Positions 36,339 to 47,029 of a DNA stretch of 64,000 nt are shown piece by piece. The notes under the pieces were generated by a model. That model was not told the origin of the DNA and ran no database searches. It saw only the letters and a list, made by a program, of their open reading frames with translations. Each line of letters starts with the position of its first letter. Position 1 is the first letter of the stretch. The DNA comes from Azolla caroliniana (taxonomy: Eukaryota > Plantae > Polypodiophyta): contig JBHGNT010000009.1 in NCBI GenBank assembly GCA_043228905.1, positions 13,826,001 through 13,890,000 of the forward strand, given 5' to 3'. The translations under genes and the position numbers were made by a program.

Positions 36339-38715
36339 GTATCATGCTTCTTATCATTAGAAATAAAAAAATGAATTACTTTCTTAATATCACCTAAAAC
36401 TCGAAAATATGTTATGTGCACAAAAATGGTTACTTGCACTGAACACCAATGCATGGATTGAATTTAATTCTGGTGCTTGAAAGTATAATTCTCTGCGAAA
36501 TCTACTATTGAGACTACTACATCATTTGGAAAATCAGATATGCAAGTCTTAAACTGATGGGCATGCCATGAATAAATGAAGTTGTGTTTAATGAACTTTC
36601 CTAGAGATACTACGAATAGAGACGCCAAATCCCTTGGTTTAAGCGACTTCCTAACTAGATCCTTTCTTTTACACACCTTTCCTTTGAAATTGGTGTCCAC
36701 AGACTCAAATAACTAGAGATTAAAATTTCACAACTCAACTCTTTTGGACACCACCTAAATCTACTAGGGCCACAATCTTGACATTAACCCATGACACATT
36801 TATGACTATGGAAGAGAGCCTCAAATTCTCTCAAACACAATACTGAATCTAAAAGACCACTCATGGAAGAGATAACATGCTCCGATGATTTACAATGCTC
36901 TTGCAAGCTAGATTGACAAATTGGGCACTCACAAGTGCAGACGGCATCCTCTAGGGAGGAGCTATGGTGATGTAGTAGATTAACAGAGTCCTTGAGAAAA
37001 CCCATTTGTATATGGTAAATGCAACGGCATGTGTATCGATCCTAGTCCTTGAGAAAACCCATTTGTACATGGTAAATGCAACAGCATATGTATCGATCCT
37101 TTAAGCATCTCACAAAGTGTGGCTTAAGAGACTCGAATGTTCGAAGTTGAACTTTGATATTTGGATGCATTCGCTTGAACCTAATAAATAAATCAACCTG
37201 CGTAATAAAAAGGGAGTTCAATGAGTAGCAAAAATGTGCCTTGATGTAGCTAGTTAGATATAGTGTGGTAGCTGATTAGCTATGATCATACTCTCGTAGT
37301 AGCTAATTAGCTATTAAGAGTAGATAACTAGCTATTGACAATAGCAAATTAGCTACCTTAATAGCTAATTAGCTCTTGACATAGCTAACTAGTTGTTGCG
37401 AGTAGCTGATTAGCTATTAAGAGTAGCCAATTAGCTATTGACAGTAGCTAATTAGCTACCTTAATAGCTGATTAGCTCTTGACATAGCTAACTAGCTATT
37501 GCGAGTAGCTAATTAGCTATTAGGAGTAGCTAATTAGCCATTGACAGTAGCTAATTAGTTACATTAATAGCTAATTAGCTCTTGACATAGCTAACTAGTT
37601 ATTGTGAGTAGCAAAGAGCTAATTAGCTACTACGAGTAGCTAATTAGCTACTCTAATAGTTAGTTATGGTCATCTTCTAAGGTAGCTAATTAGCTATTGC
37701 GGTAGTGAATTAGCTGATAATAGTTAAGTTTAGTATTGGTAATAGCTATTACCAGTAGCTAGTTAGCTATGCTCATATTCTGAGATAGCTAATTAGCTAT
37801 TGCGGTAGCTAATTAGCTGATAATAGCTAAGTTAGCTATTGTCAATCGCTATTTAGCTATTACTAATAGCTAGTTAGCTATGATCATATTCTAAGGTAGC
37901 TAATTAGCTAACTAACTAAGTTTAAAAATCAAAACAAAAGTTGAGATAAATGTAAATACTTGAGGTACATCAAGAAGATGAATGGGATGCTCCTCGTATT
38001 GACTCCTTCCAACACGTTTCCGGCATAAATCCTTCTTATTGGGTGAAACCCTACTCTCATTAGTCCAAAATATGGTGATTATATCCTTGATTTTTGATGT
38101 TATGTGTATCATTGGCGTACATCTTGTTGTTAGCTTTAGCAGACTAGTTCCTTCACCACTTGAAATTATCTGGTTCATTGTATTGTACACACTTTTTCTA
38201 CTAACACCAATTACCTTAGAAAGCACACTAATGTTAAGATCGTCAACATCATTAGATTAGACCTTTTTAAGACAAGATCATCTTCTGACATGCTCATAGA
38301 TACGAAACTATTACGGAGATTATTTACTAGTACAGATGTTATGTTTGCATTAAGACCATCAAAATCAACTAACTCCTTTATCAATGGATCATTTAATATT
38401 CCATAAAGTACTACCTTCTTGTCTTCAAGGCTTATGTGCTTGGTTTGAACATTGAAATAGTCTACAACCATTCTCTCTATGATAGTAGTCTCCTTACTTC
38501 CATTCTCAATGGTATTTAGACCTATATTGCAACCAATGTTATCCTTACCATTAGTGAATGTGACTTTTGTATCCTGCAACAATTGACGATGTTTCCTTTT
38601 TTTCTGCCCAATACTTTCGTATTGCTTGTTGTGTCTTGATAGTGTCATCTCTATCCTGATGATCCAGGAGGGGCATTGGTAAACACCCTCCTTCCCCTTC
38701 CATTTGGCTTGACAT
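36339..38715 (-). pseudogene. DFAENY-type (Sola2-like) DNA transposase, 5' part, with intron 37198-37959
   Basis: FWTNESRVSPNKKD..HLLDVPQ|GT..AG|VDLFIRFKRMHP..FESLKPHFV..CCCIYH, CECPIC..HKCVMG, HNFIYSWH..VDFAENYTF..IQSMHW..QVTIFVH..FFISNDKKHD; stops and frameshifts. Confidence 0.75.
37245..37912. repeat. Second TAGCTAATTAGCTA array, inside the transposase intron
   Basis: Same palindromic core; lies between GT at 37959 and AG at 37198 (minus strand, phase 0). Confidence 0.95.
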
Positions 38716-38951
38716 ATTCATTACTAAATTTCCACAAAAAAAGACACGTAGCTAGTTACTAAACCACATGCAAACCAGTTATTCACAAGAGAAATCCCAC
38801 CATTGGTAATTTTATGTTTGTTGAAGTAGAGTGAAAGCTACTGAACCACCGTCGGGAACAAGCTAAGATGACTATGGGCAACAACAATACACAAAATTAT
38901 TCCGCAATACAAAAGATTATACACAACAATACACAAGATAATCAACAGACA

Positions 38952-39310
38952 AAACAGTTATTGCAATCCAGGACCGAACAATGGCAACAACTGAGTGTAG
39001 AATGGCGGCAATGGAGGAGTGAACTCTGTCGGATCAAACAGTTATTGCAATCCAGGACCGAACAATGGAGGCAACTGAGTGTAGAATGGTGGCAATGGTG
39101 GAGTGAACTCTGTCAGATCGAATAGTGGCAGATGATGCTTGGGACACACAATGGTGGCAACTGAGTGTAGAATGGCGACAGTGGAGGAGTGAACTCCGTC
39201 GGATCGAACAGTGGCAGCAATCCACGACCAAACAGTAGCAGCAATTGAGTGTAGAATGGCGGCAATGGAGGAGTGAACTCAACAAGAGCGAATAGTGGCA
39301 GATGATGCTT
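38952..39310. repeat. ~84-bp tandem repeat upstream of the transposase
   Basis: aaacagttattgcaatccaggaccgaac..ctgagtgtagaatggcggcaatggaggagtgaactc at 38952 and 39036, plus two partial variants. Confidence 0.9.
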
Positions 39311-39638
39311 TTATACTCATGCAAATGTTTTTGGTAATTCTCTTTATCCTTAACTGCAAATGCTTTTGGTAATTCACCATTGATAAAGCAGTATTTGTGT
39401 GCAAAATCAATAGGCATAATGGTTTGAGAATGTTGTACTTACATTACTTTTGAAGTAATATCAATGCAACTCTTATCGTGTTAATGTACCTACAAACTAA
39501 CATATTACATTCCCACATTTGAAAGTGAGTGTATAATTCCTTTGATATCTATTCAAACTTGGTGGTACCCAATAGGCTCATGAACAACTGCATGTGAAAT
39601 TTTGATCTAGAAAGTTACAATTTCCTTTGAACCGTTGT

Positions 39639-40007
39639 GCATTGGCAAATTTCAAAACTTATAATTGCCCAAACAAGTCATAAGATTATAGTAACTTCTA
39701 TACTCAAACTTATGTTGCATCTCATGTTAAAGGGAATCTTCATTTGGTTTTTAGACCCATTATTCATTATCATGGCATAGTTACCACAAAAGCAACTAAA
39801 TGAACCTCGACAATTTCCTTCTAACCAAGCATTGGCAAATTTCAAATTTTATGATTGCCCAAATGAGTCAATTATAAGATTATAGTATTTTCTATACTCA
39901 AACTTACATTGCAATTCATGTTAAAGGGAATCTTCGTTTGGTTTTTAGATCCATTATTCATTATCATGGCATAGTAACCACAAAACTAACTAAATGAACC
40001 TCAACAA
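39639..40007. repeat. ~190-bp tandem duplication
   Basis: gcattggcaaatttcaaa...aaatgaacctc at 39639 and 39829. Confidence 0.9.
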
Positions 40008-41559
40008 TGCCTCTCTCCAAAGTTAAATAACACTAACCCTACACAAAACAATGAATCTAATGGGGGATCCATTTATGGTCTATTAAAACAATCAAACCAA
40101 TATCACTATAGAATTTATCTCTAACTTTACCAGGTCTTATATTTACTTGGCACTAACAATTATGTACCACGTACCAGCTCACAAGAAACTTAATAAAATT
40201 ATGAAAAATCAGCGCAATTTTATAGACTCATTCTTTTCTTATTGAAGGATTAAAACTTATTGCTTTCCTCAAGTCAGTTCCCTTTTTACTTCCAAGATTA
40301 CATGATGGATGTCCGTCAAGGTGAATACTAGTCATATAGAAATGTTATTGATCCATAAACATTGCTTAGGTGTATGGAACCAAAAAAGAATACTTTTATT
40401 TTAGTATTCAAAACCACTATCACAAGGGAAAGAAAATAGTGCATGAAAGAAATATGTTGTCCTAGGATTCTTTACAACAAGATAGAAATTAATTTCAATC
40501 AAGCCACCAAGCATGAGAGACGGTTTTACTAATATGTGTAAACTATACACATCATATAAAATTTTCAAAAATGGTATAAACTCTAAATAATGAAACTAGG
40601 TGGACCAATAATGACAAATAATTACTTTGAATATCAGCTGGAAAAGGTAATGTATCATCCCAGTGATGATTAACATCAGCTATCTATCCTCACTTGAGAA
40701 AGCAAACTTCTCCTTTTTTCCTTGTTAAGGATTTTGTTTTAAATACAATGTACAATCAATCTTCTTCAATTTTCAGAAAAAATACAGACAATAAAAACCA
40801 TAAGCAATGATTAATGTGATTGCCTTTCAAGTTGGGGGGTTCTTGGGCATCATGCCAAAAGGTCAAATTACTCAGTGTTGCGAGACAGATGCCTCTTTAG
40901 TGAGCCTAGCTAAGACAAAACAAACCATAGAAAGTGTATAACATACAGCCATAGACTAGGATATCCAACGACGATTATAAGTTGAGAGTAGTTACATGAA
41001 GCACTTTCACTTTGTTCAGCAAAGAAGATTCTCATCAGGACAAATGAGATAACCGAACAGGTCAAACGAGTTTCACTTTATCTGATACGGCCTTTCCAGA
41101 CACATGAACAGCTTTTTCCTCTGAAACTTCCCCTTCAAATAAACATACACCCTATCTATGAGGTAATTAGAAAATTGTTCCCCAGCATATAAAATCAGTG
41201 CACACGCCAGCACCCAATAGTGGTAGACTAGCAAGATAAGACATATAAGCAGAGCAATGAGCATGCAAACAGAGCCAACAGTAATATACTGATAACACTG
41301 GCACAAGCTTCTCAAACATGCCTAATCTGGCCATCTAGATACTTATTGGGTATCCTGCATGCACAATCTGCTACAGATACCAAATACGGGTCCATGGCGA
41401 AAACAACATAATCTTCATCAATAGCATCTAGAGTGAAAATAAAGTTCTGATAAAATACCAGAACTGGAGTCTGCATCTCATCAAACAAACTCCATCATTA
41501 GGAGTATAAAGCCCAGAAGTGGAGCATAGCCTTAAGGGTACATGAATCAATTGGATTGA

Positions 41560-42762
41560 AACAAGGATAGCCCAGACGAGGCATTAAATTCTATTGAGAG
41601 ATTGGGTGGTTCAGAAGCATGCATGCCTATTGGAGATAGTCATACAATAATCACTATATGCCGATGATACTGTGCTGATTTCTGACTCTTCAGAGGGACT
41701 ACAAAGACACCTAGATTCTTTGAAGTCAATTAGTAAAAAGAAAGCTTTGTCAGAAACCTTGATAAAACTGAATTGAAGTTTAACGTCACTTTAATCATGG
41801 GCAACAACATTAGAACTTGGATTGTTAATTTAAGATGAAAAGGTGGCATACATGAACACAGACAGACATATGTAGTAAAATCCGTAAGGCCTTAGTCTTC
41901 CTTAGGGGACACCGCCTGTGCTCACCCTTGGCGACATTGAACACAATTTGTACTTACAATTCCAAGAACCACGAGCAGTTCTATGGTGGTTCGATATACT
42001 TGTAACATTGACGATTTGTATTCAACCGATTTTGGAGCTCCTCGATCGAAGGTACTTCCAATTGCATTTATGTCATCAAAACAGCCAACAGAATAGGGAG
42101 ATAATCTTTATTGGTGTGCTTGAATATAAGAATTGTTCCAATCACATGACATAAACTAAACGCATCCATTCCGATATATAGTTTGGATTGTTCACACTTG
42201 GAAATGACCAACGTGGAAAAGAATAGGGTGATCCAAACAGACTTCATTAAATTGGAGAATGAATGAGAGCATGTATTAGCCCCACAATGCTCCTCTCCTG
42301 GTGGGAAGTTCGCCCATTGTAAGGCCCTTTATCGACACTCGTCACACATGAGGCCATCCTTTTACATGGATGCACATCTCTCATGCACTCCACAATGCTA
42401 AATCAGGTCACATCAGTTTGAGAGATCTGATATAACTCCAGAAAATGATCTAATAATTCACTAAATTTATTTCTAATTATCAACTTTAGATAGTTTTCCC
42501 CTAAAATTTTGGTTACAACTTTCGTACTAATATATCTTTCTCAATTCTGCACGTCTGCTGGAGATTTCTCAAAGTAGAAATTTGCTATAAGTTCAGAACT
42601 TTGTATGCTGAGATATCTCAACTCTTTAGTAACTGATGCTTAGTTTTACTCTTTTTGGTATGTTATTCTCAAAGATGAGAAAACATTTTACGATATAATC
42701 TCTTGTTTAGTCTTATAAGTCATCTTGGCCTCTTAAAAGACATTAATATAGATTTCTTTCTT
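41560..42762 (+). mobile_element. Highly degenerate RTE/RTEX-like LINE fragment with 3' end
   Basis: SLYADDTVLISDSSEGLQRHLDSL at ~41650-41720. The 3' end 42660-42762 is an inverted homologue of 45421-45520 and ends in ttctttctt. Confidence 0.55.
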
Positions 42763-43481
42763 ACTTTTTTAAGATTTTAAAAAATTGCACATATTATAAA
42801 GTACATATAATACAACGAAATAAAGTGAGTTTCAATGGAAGCTTTGTCTATTTCTTGTTCAGAAACATTTCAGACCTTATAGAAAAGAAACTTTATGACT
42901 GAAACAGCAAGCACTTGGGGTTTTAGATCTACTAATACTTTGATCTTTTCCTGGGAAATCATATGAGGATTCTGTTCATAGAGGATGCCTACAAAAACAG
43001 TAGCACCTTTGATGGCCAACTTTCCGATTTCACTATCTTCAATAGTATTTCAACTGTTGAGGGTGTGTATCTTCATGGCAGGGTTGTTATCTCATTTTTT
43101 AAAGGTAAATATATTGTGAACATTTATTCAATATATGCATATCTAATTCATTTCATTAGGTTTTCATAATGAGCTATTTCCATGGATAATGCCAGAAAAT
43201 ATGTTTGAATCTGTTTAGTGACACAGTATTTGCGCAAAAACAAAGAGAAAAGCAGTTACCACTACGATTTTATGCTAAAGAGCATGGTTGAACCCTGAGA
43301 TCCACTAAGAGTCCAACGTGTCTGGCAAATAAGAGGAAGGCCTTTACAAGGATACAAAAGGACTCAAAGAATTAGGAACAGAGGATAAAACAACCTCTAG
43401 AAGTAGTCCCTTTAATAATCGTATATGTTAGTTTGTTAGCCACTTATTGAAAATAGCAGGAAAATGTTGACCTGGATATTT

Positions 43482-43697
43482 TCATCCACCTGGCAAAGAA
43501 ACATTGATATCCGTATTTCTCATCATATCTGGCATGATGTCAGAAACCGTCCAATGCATTGATGTTCCCATACTGGTATGGTTATGTTGCATTGCGGAAT
43601 TCAGGTTCACAATATGGGGCTTAGTAGCACTACTTCCAGCGTTGGCTGCTTTTAGCTCATTTGTTGAATCAGTGAAGAGAAAAGTCCCAAGTATCAC
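43482..43697 (-). CDS. AHL: AHL exon 5 (terminal coding exon)
   Basis: ag|VILGTF...DINVSLPGG*. Confidence 0.9.
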   Translation of the reverse strand: MILGTFLFTDSTNELKAANAGSSATKPHIVNLNSAMQHNHTSMGTSMHWTVSDIMPDMMRNTDINVSLPGG

Positions 43698-46600
43698 CTG
43701 CGACAAAAAGGAAGGTTTTGGTGTAAGATACCATTAATAATTGAAGGGATCTACCTAGCATTCCATGCAGAAAAGAAATACCTGCACTGGACCTGCTGCC
43801 ATTAGTAATCCAGCAACCCCACCTCCTAGAACCTGCCCTCCTGGGGCTGCTAAACATACACTAAGTCCACCTGTTCGACTCGTTATACCAGCATTTTCAA
43901 TAGGAAGAAATGAACCAGAAAAAGAGAGAATCTCGAAGCAACCCTGCAACAAAAGCATTTAGAAGTCTGGCTTACACCCAATTATAAATCCATCACCTCC
44001 AACGCATATGTACATAAACTTCAGGCAGGAGCCTAGCACAAGTACATAGCCTCAGAAGGGTTACAATTAGCAGCCAACCTCATACGTCACCATCCCTCCA
44101 GAAGTTGCAGGTTGCCGAAGTGTAGCATTTGAAATAGCACCATTTGCAGACAGTATACATACAGCTTGGGGGCCCTGTTGTTGAGAGAAGGACATTACTT
44201 TCATGGCAACATCCTGTGAAACAAATATCCACAGTTGATCATTGACTGCTTGACCATGACATGCATTGTTTACAATGTTCAAATTTTACTAGGTCCTAGA
44301 GTGCCTTTATTTTATATATAAGAAGAATAAAAATGTTTATTTTACAGTGTGGAAAAAAACCAGAAGGAAATGGTTTAATTTCAGGTTTCCAACAAGTTTC
44401 ATGGTTGAACGACGAATATATTAACCTCTAACGATCATAGTGACCTATAACAACTAACAAAGATGGCAGAGTTTTATGTTAGCTCATCAATACAAGTACA
44501 AAAGAAAAAGAAAAGAGTAATGTCTTTCTATTTTGGATTACCAAAACTAAATGTATATAATCATGAGTAACTAACATTCAGGTTTGGCTCCTAGCCATTA
44601 ATACTGATAAAGATGGCAACGGTTTAATTTTAGGTTTTCAACAAGATCCAAAGTTGAACGAAGGATATATTAACCTTTAAAGATCATAGTGAACTATAAC
44701 ATCTGACAAAAAGATGGCAAAGGTTTAAGTTAGGTCATCAATGCCAAGTACAAAAGAAAAAGAAAAGAGTAATGTCTTTCTATTTTAGATTACTAAAATT
44801 AAATGTACATATTCATGTGTAACCAACATTCAGGTTTGGCTCTCCGTCATTGAAACTGAAAGTGCTGTCCCCCTGAAAATATCCACCATAGTATGGTCAA
44901 ATATGGAAGGTCAGTGAGATAAGGATGATGCGTGATGATGGCTTTGGTCTTATGAAGTTATGTACATCAGGGTGGTTTTCCTAGCAGCCTCTAGCTCTAA
45001 GTCGTGACACTATTTTGGCCAGGATATTTGCTGCGCACCCTAGCAGCATCAATACAGAAGAAATCTATCAAAGTTCTATACAAAGTGAACCATTAGTAAC
45101 CTCTCCCTCAAGAGAGAGCCCTTAAATTACTTCACACTCGATCTCACAAGTTAGGTATTGAAGTTGCATCATGGTATCAAAATGTAACAAATTTGAAGAC
45201 ATGCAAAGTATGCAATGAAGGCATGGTAGAGAATGAATGTCACTTGCTCTTCACATGCTCGACATATAGTGCAATCCGTTCAAGGTATGCTGACATACTA
45301 AGAGGGAGTGATAATTTAAGTGCCATACTTAAGACACTAACAAGAAGGTTGAGCTCATATGTGTATGCTTTATTCACACATAGAGACTTCGTGCTTCAAT
45401 GTATGAACACCCCTTCTTAGAAAGAAAGAAAGAAAGATATATTAACGTCTTTTAAGAGGCCAAAATGGCCTATAAGACCAAATAAGAGATTACATCTCAA
45501 GTGTTGTCTCGTCTTTGAGAACAAATCAAAATAAAATAAATATTACACAGTAAATATAAAAGTAAATAAGATGAAAAGAAAAGAAATGAGGGAATCTGGT
45601 TTTTGGCACATGTGAGATTCTCAAGTTAGGTATATTGTAGCTTTTGTCTTCGAAAGATCTCTATCATAGGTCGATCCAGAATGGAAATGTCTCCGAAGCG
45701 AGGGAAGCACCTATGATGGCGGGAGATAATGGCTTTTATCTGTCGATGACAAGGGTGACGAGGTCGTGGTCCATGGGGCCGGGGCCTACGTGCACGGCAA
45801 ATTGCCATTGCCCAATCAATTGTAACCCCTTTGTTATGTCTTGGTCTGGATCCCATTTCTGTATCCCGGGGTTGACTTCTAGCATTAGGAGTGATGGGGC
45901 TAAAGAAAGTTGTTATTGTTCTTTGTGGATGAGCTTGTGTGGCTGTATTCTTCAACAACTTTTCTCGATGTCTCTTGAGCTCTAGCAACAAAAGTCCTAG
46001 GCATCGTTGGTCCTCATATTCCATTACCTTGCGTAGTGGGCCAAAGCCTTGTTTAAAGAGGCAATGGTATCTCCCTCTGATTTCATAAAAGACACTACAA
46101 TGACAAACATAGTGTTCTTCAGATTTCACTCCTTGATGACACAATTGGCAAATTCTCACTTCTAGAGCTGATGTGATGAAGTTTGCAGCTGCCCTATCAC
46201 ACTACGCAACGCATAGGATAGATGTATGTCCATATAAGGTGGTCTGATGACAAATTCACGGTGCCCGAATCACGGTTGGGGGGAGAGTCATGTCTTGGGG
46301 TCCCTGAACCTTGCCACGGTTCATGATTGTGCCACGTTTCATGATCAAGAACCTCGCTAGAACCCTAAACTCACTAGTAAAGATATGCTACATGTTATTT
46401 TGCTAGAACCCCTCTTCCAAGGTTTGTGGGGAAAAATCGGTGCAGCGATGGGCTGAATCTCAGTGGATCGTAGCAACAAGGCTACTCTGCCACTTACAAT
46501 ACCCGGCCACATATTTAAGTCGTATGCAAAAGATTCATCTCCCCAATCATTTGGAATTTCCATTCAGAGCCCTCAAGGCAGCACTTCCACTACCTCAAGG

Positions 46601-46936
46601 GAGACTCTCGACACATGCTCTCGGGGACGCACAAGCGCCCCTATTATAAGTCAGGTAACAACCGGGGAGGTAGAGAGCGCCGCTTCTAGCATGGATTCTG
46701 ACTTAGAGGCGTTCAATCATAATCCTACACATGGTAGCTTCGCGCCACTAGCTTTTCAACCAAGCGCAATGACCAATTATGTATGTGAATCAACAGTTCC
46801 TCTCGTACTAAGTTGAATTACTATTGCGGCACCGCTCATCAGTAAGGTAAAACTAACCTGTCTCACGACAGTCTAAACCCAGCTCACTTTCCCTATTGGT
46901 GGGTGAACAATCCAACACTTGGCGAATTCTGCTTCG

Positions 46937-46974
<38 letters not shown>

Positions 46975-46997
46975 AACGTTGCTATGAACGCTTGGCT

Positions 46998-47029
<32 letters not shown>

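Larger units (their letters stand above)
19060..39310. mobile_element. Large DNA transposon remnant (Sola2-like transposase plus convergent cargo gene), ~9.4 kb without the two nested copias; termini not resolved
   Basis: DFAENY-type transposase on the minus strand and a spliced cargo gene on the plus strand. The TAGCTAATTAGCTA motif is shared at ~19067-19120, 21330-22670 and 37245-37912. Confidence 0.6.

Noticed and set aside
19060-39297. CACTATT...AATAGTG as CACTA-superfamily TIRs
   Set aside because: Only 7 bp long, the flanks (AAA versus GCA) give no 3-bp TSD, AATAGTG also occurs inside the tandem repeat at 39121, and the transposase motifs are not CACTA-like.
39310-39600. Continuation of the 16965-19045 LINE on the far side of the DNA transposon
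   Set aside because: Only a weak peptide resemblance (YQKHLHEYKSI); no TSD or clean junction to support it.
41073-41315. 80-aa hydrophobic ORF as a small membrane protein
   Set aside because: No recognisable motif or splice context, and the length is within chance expectation.
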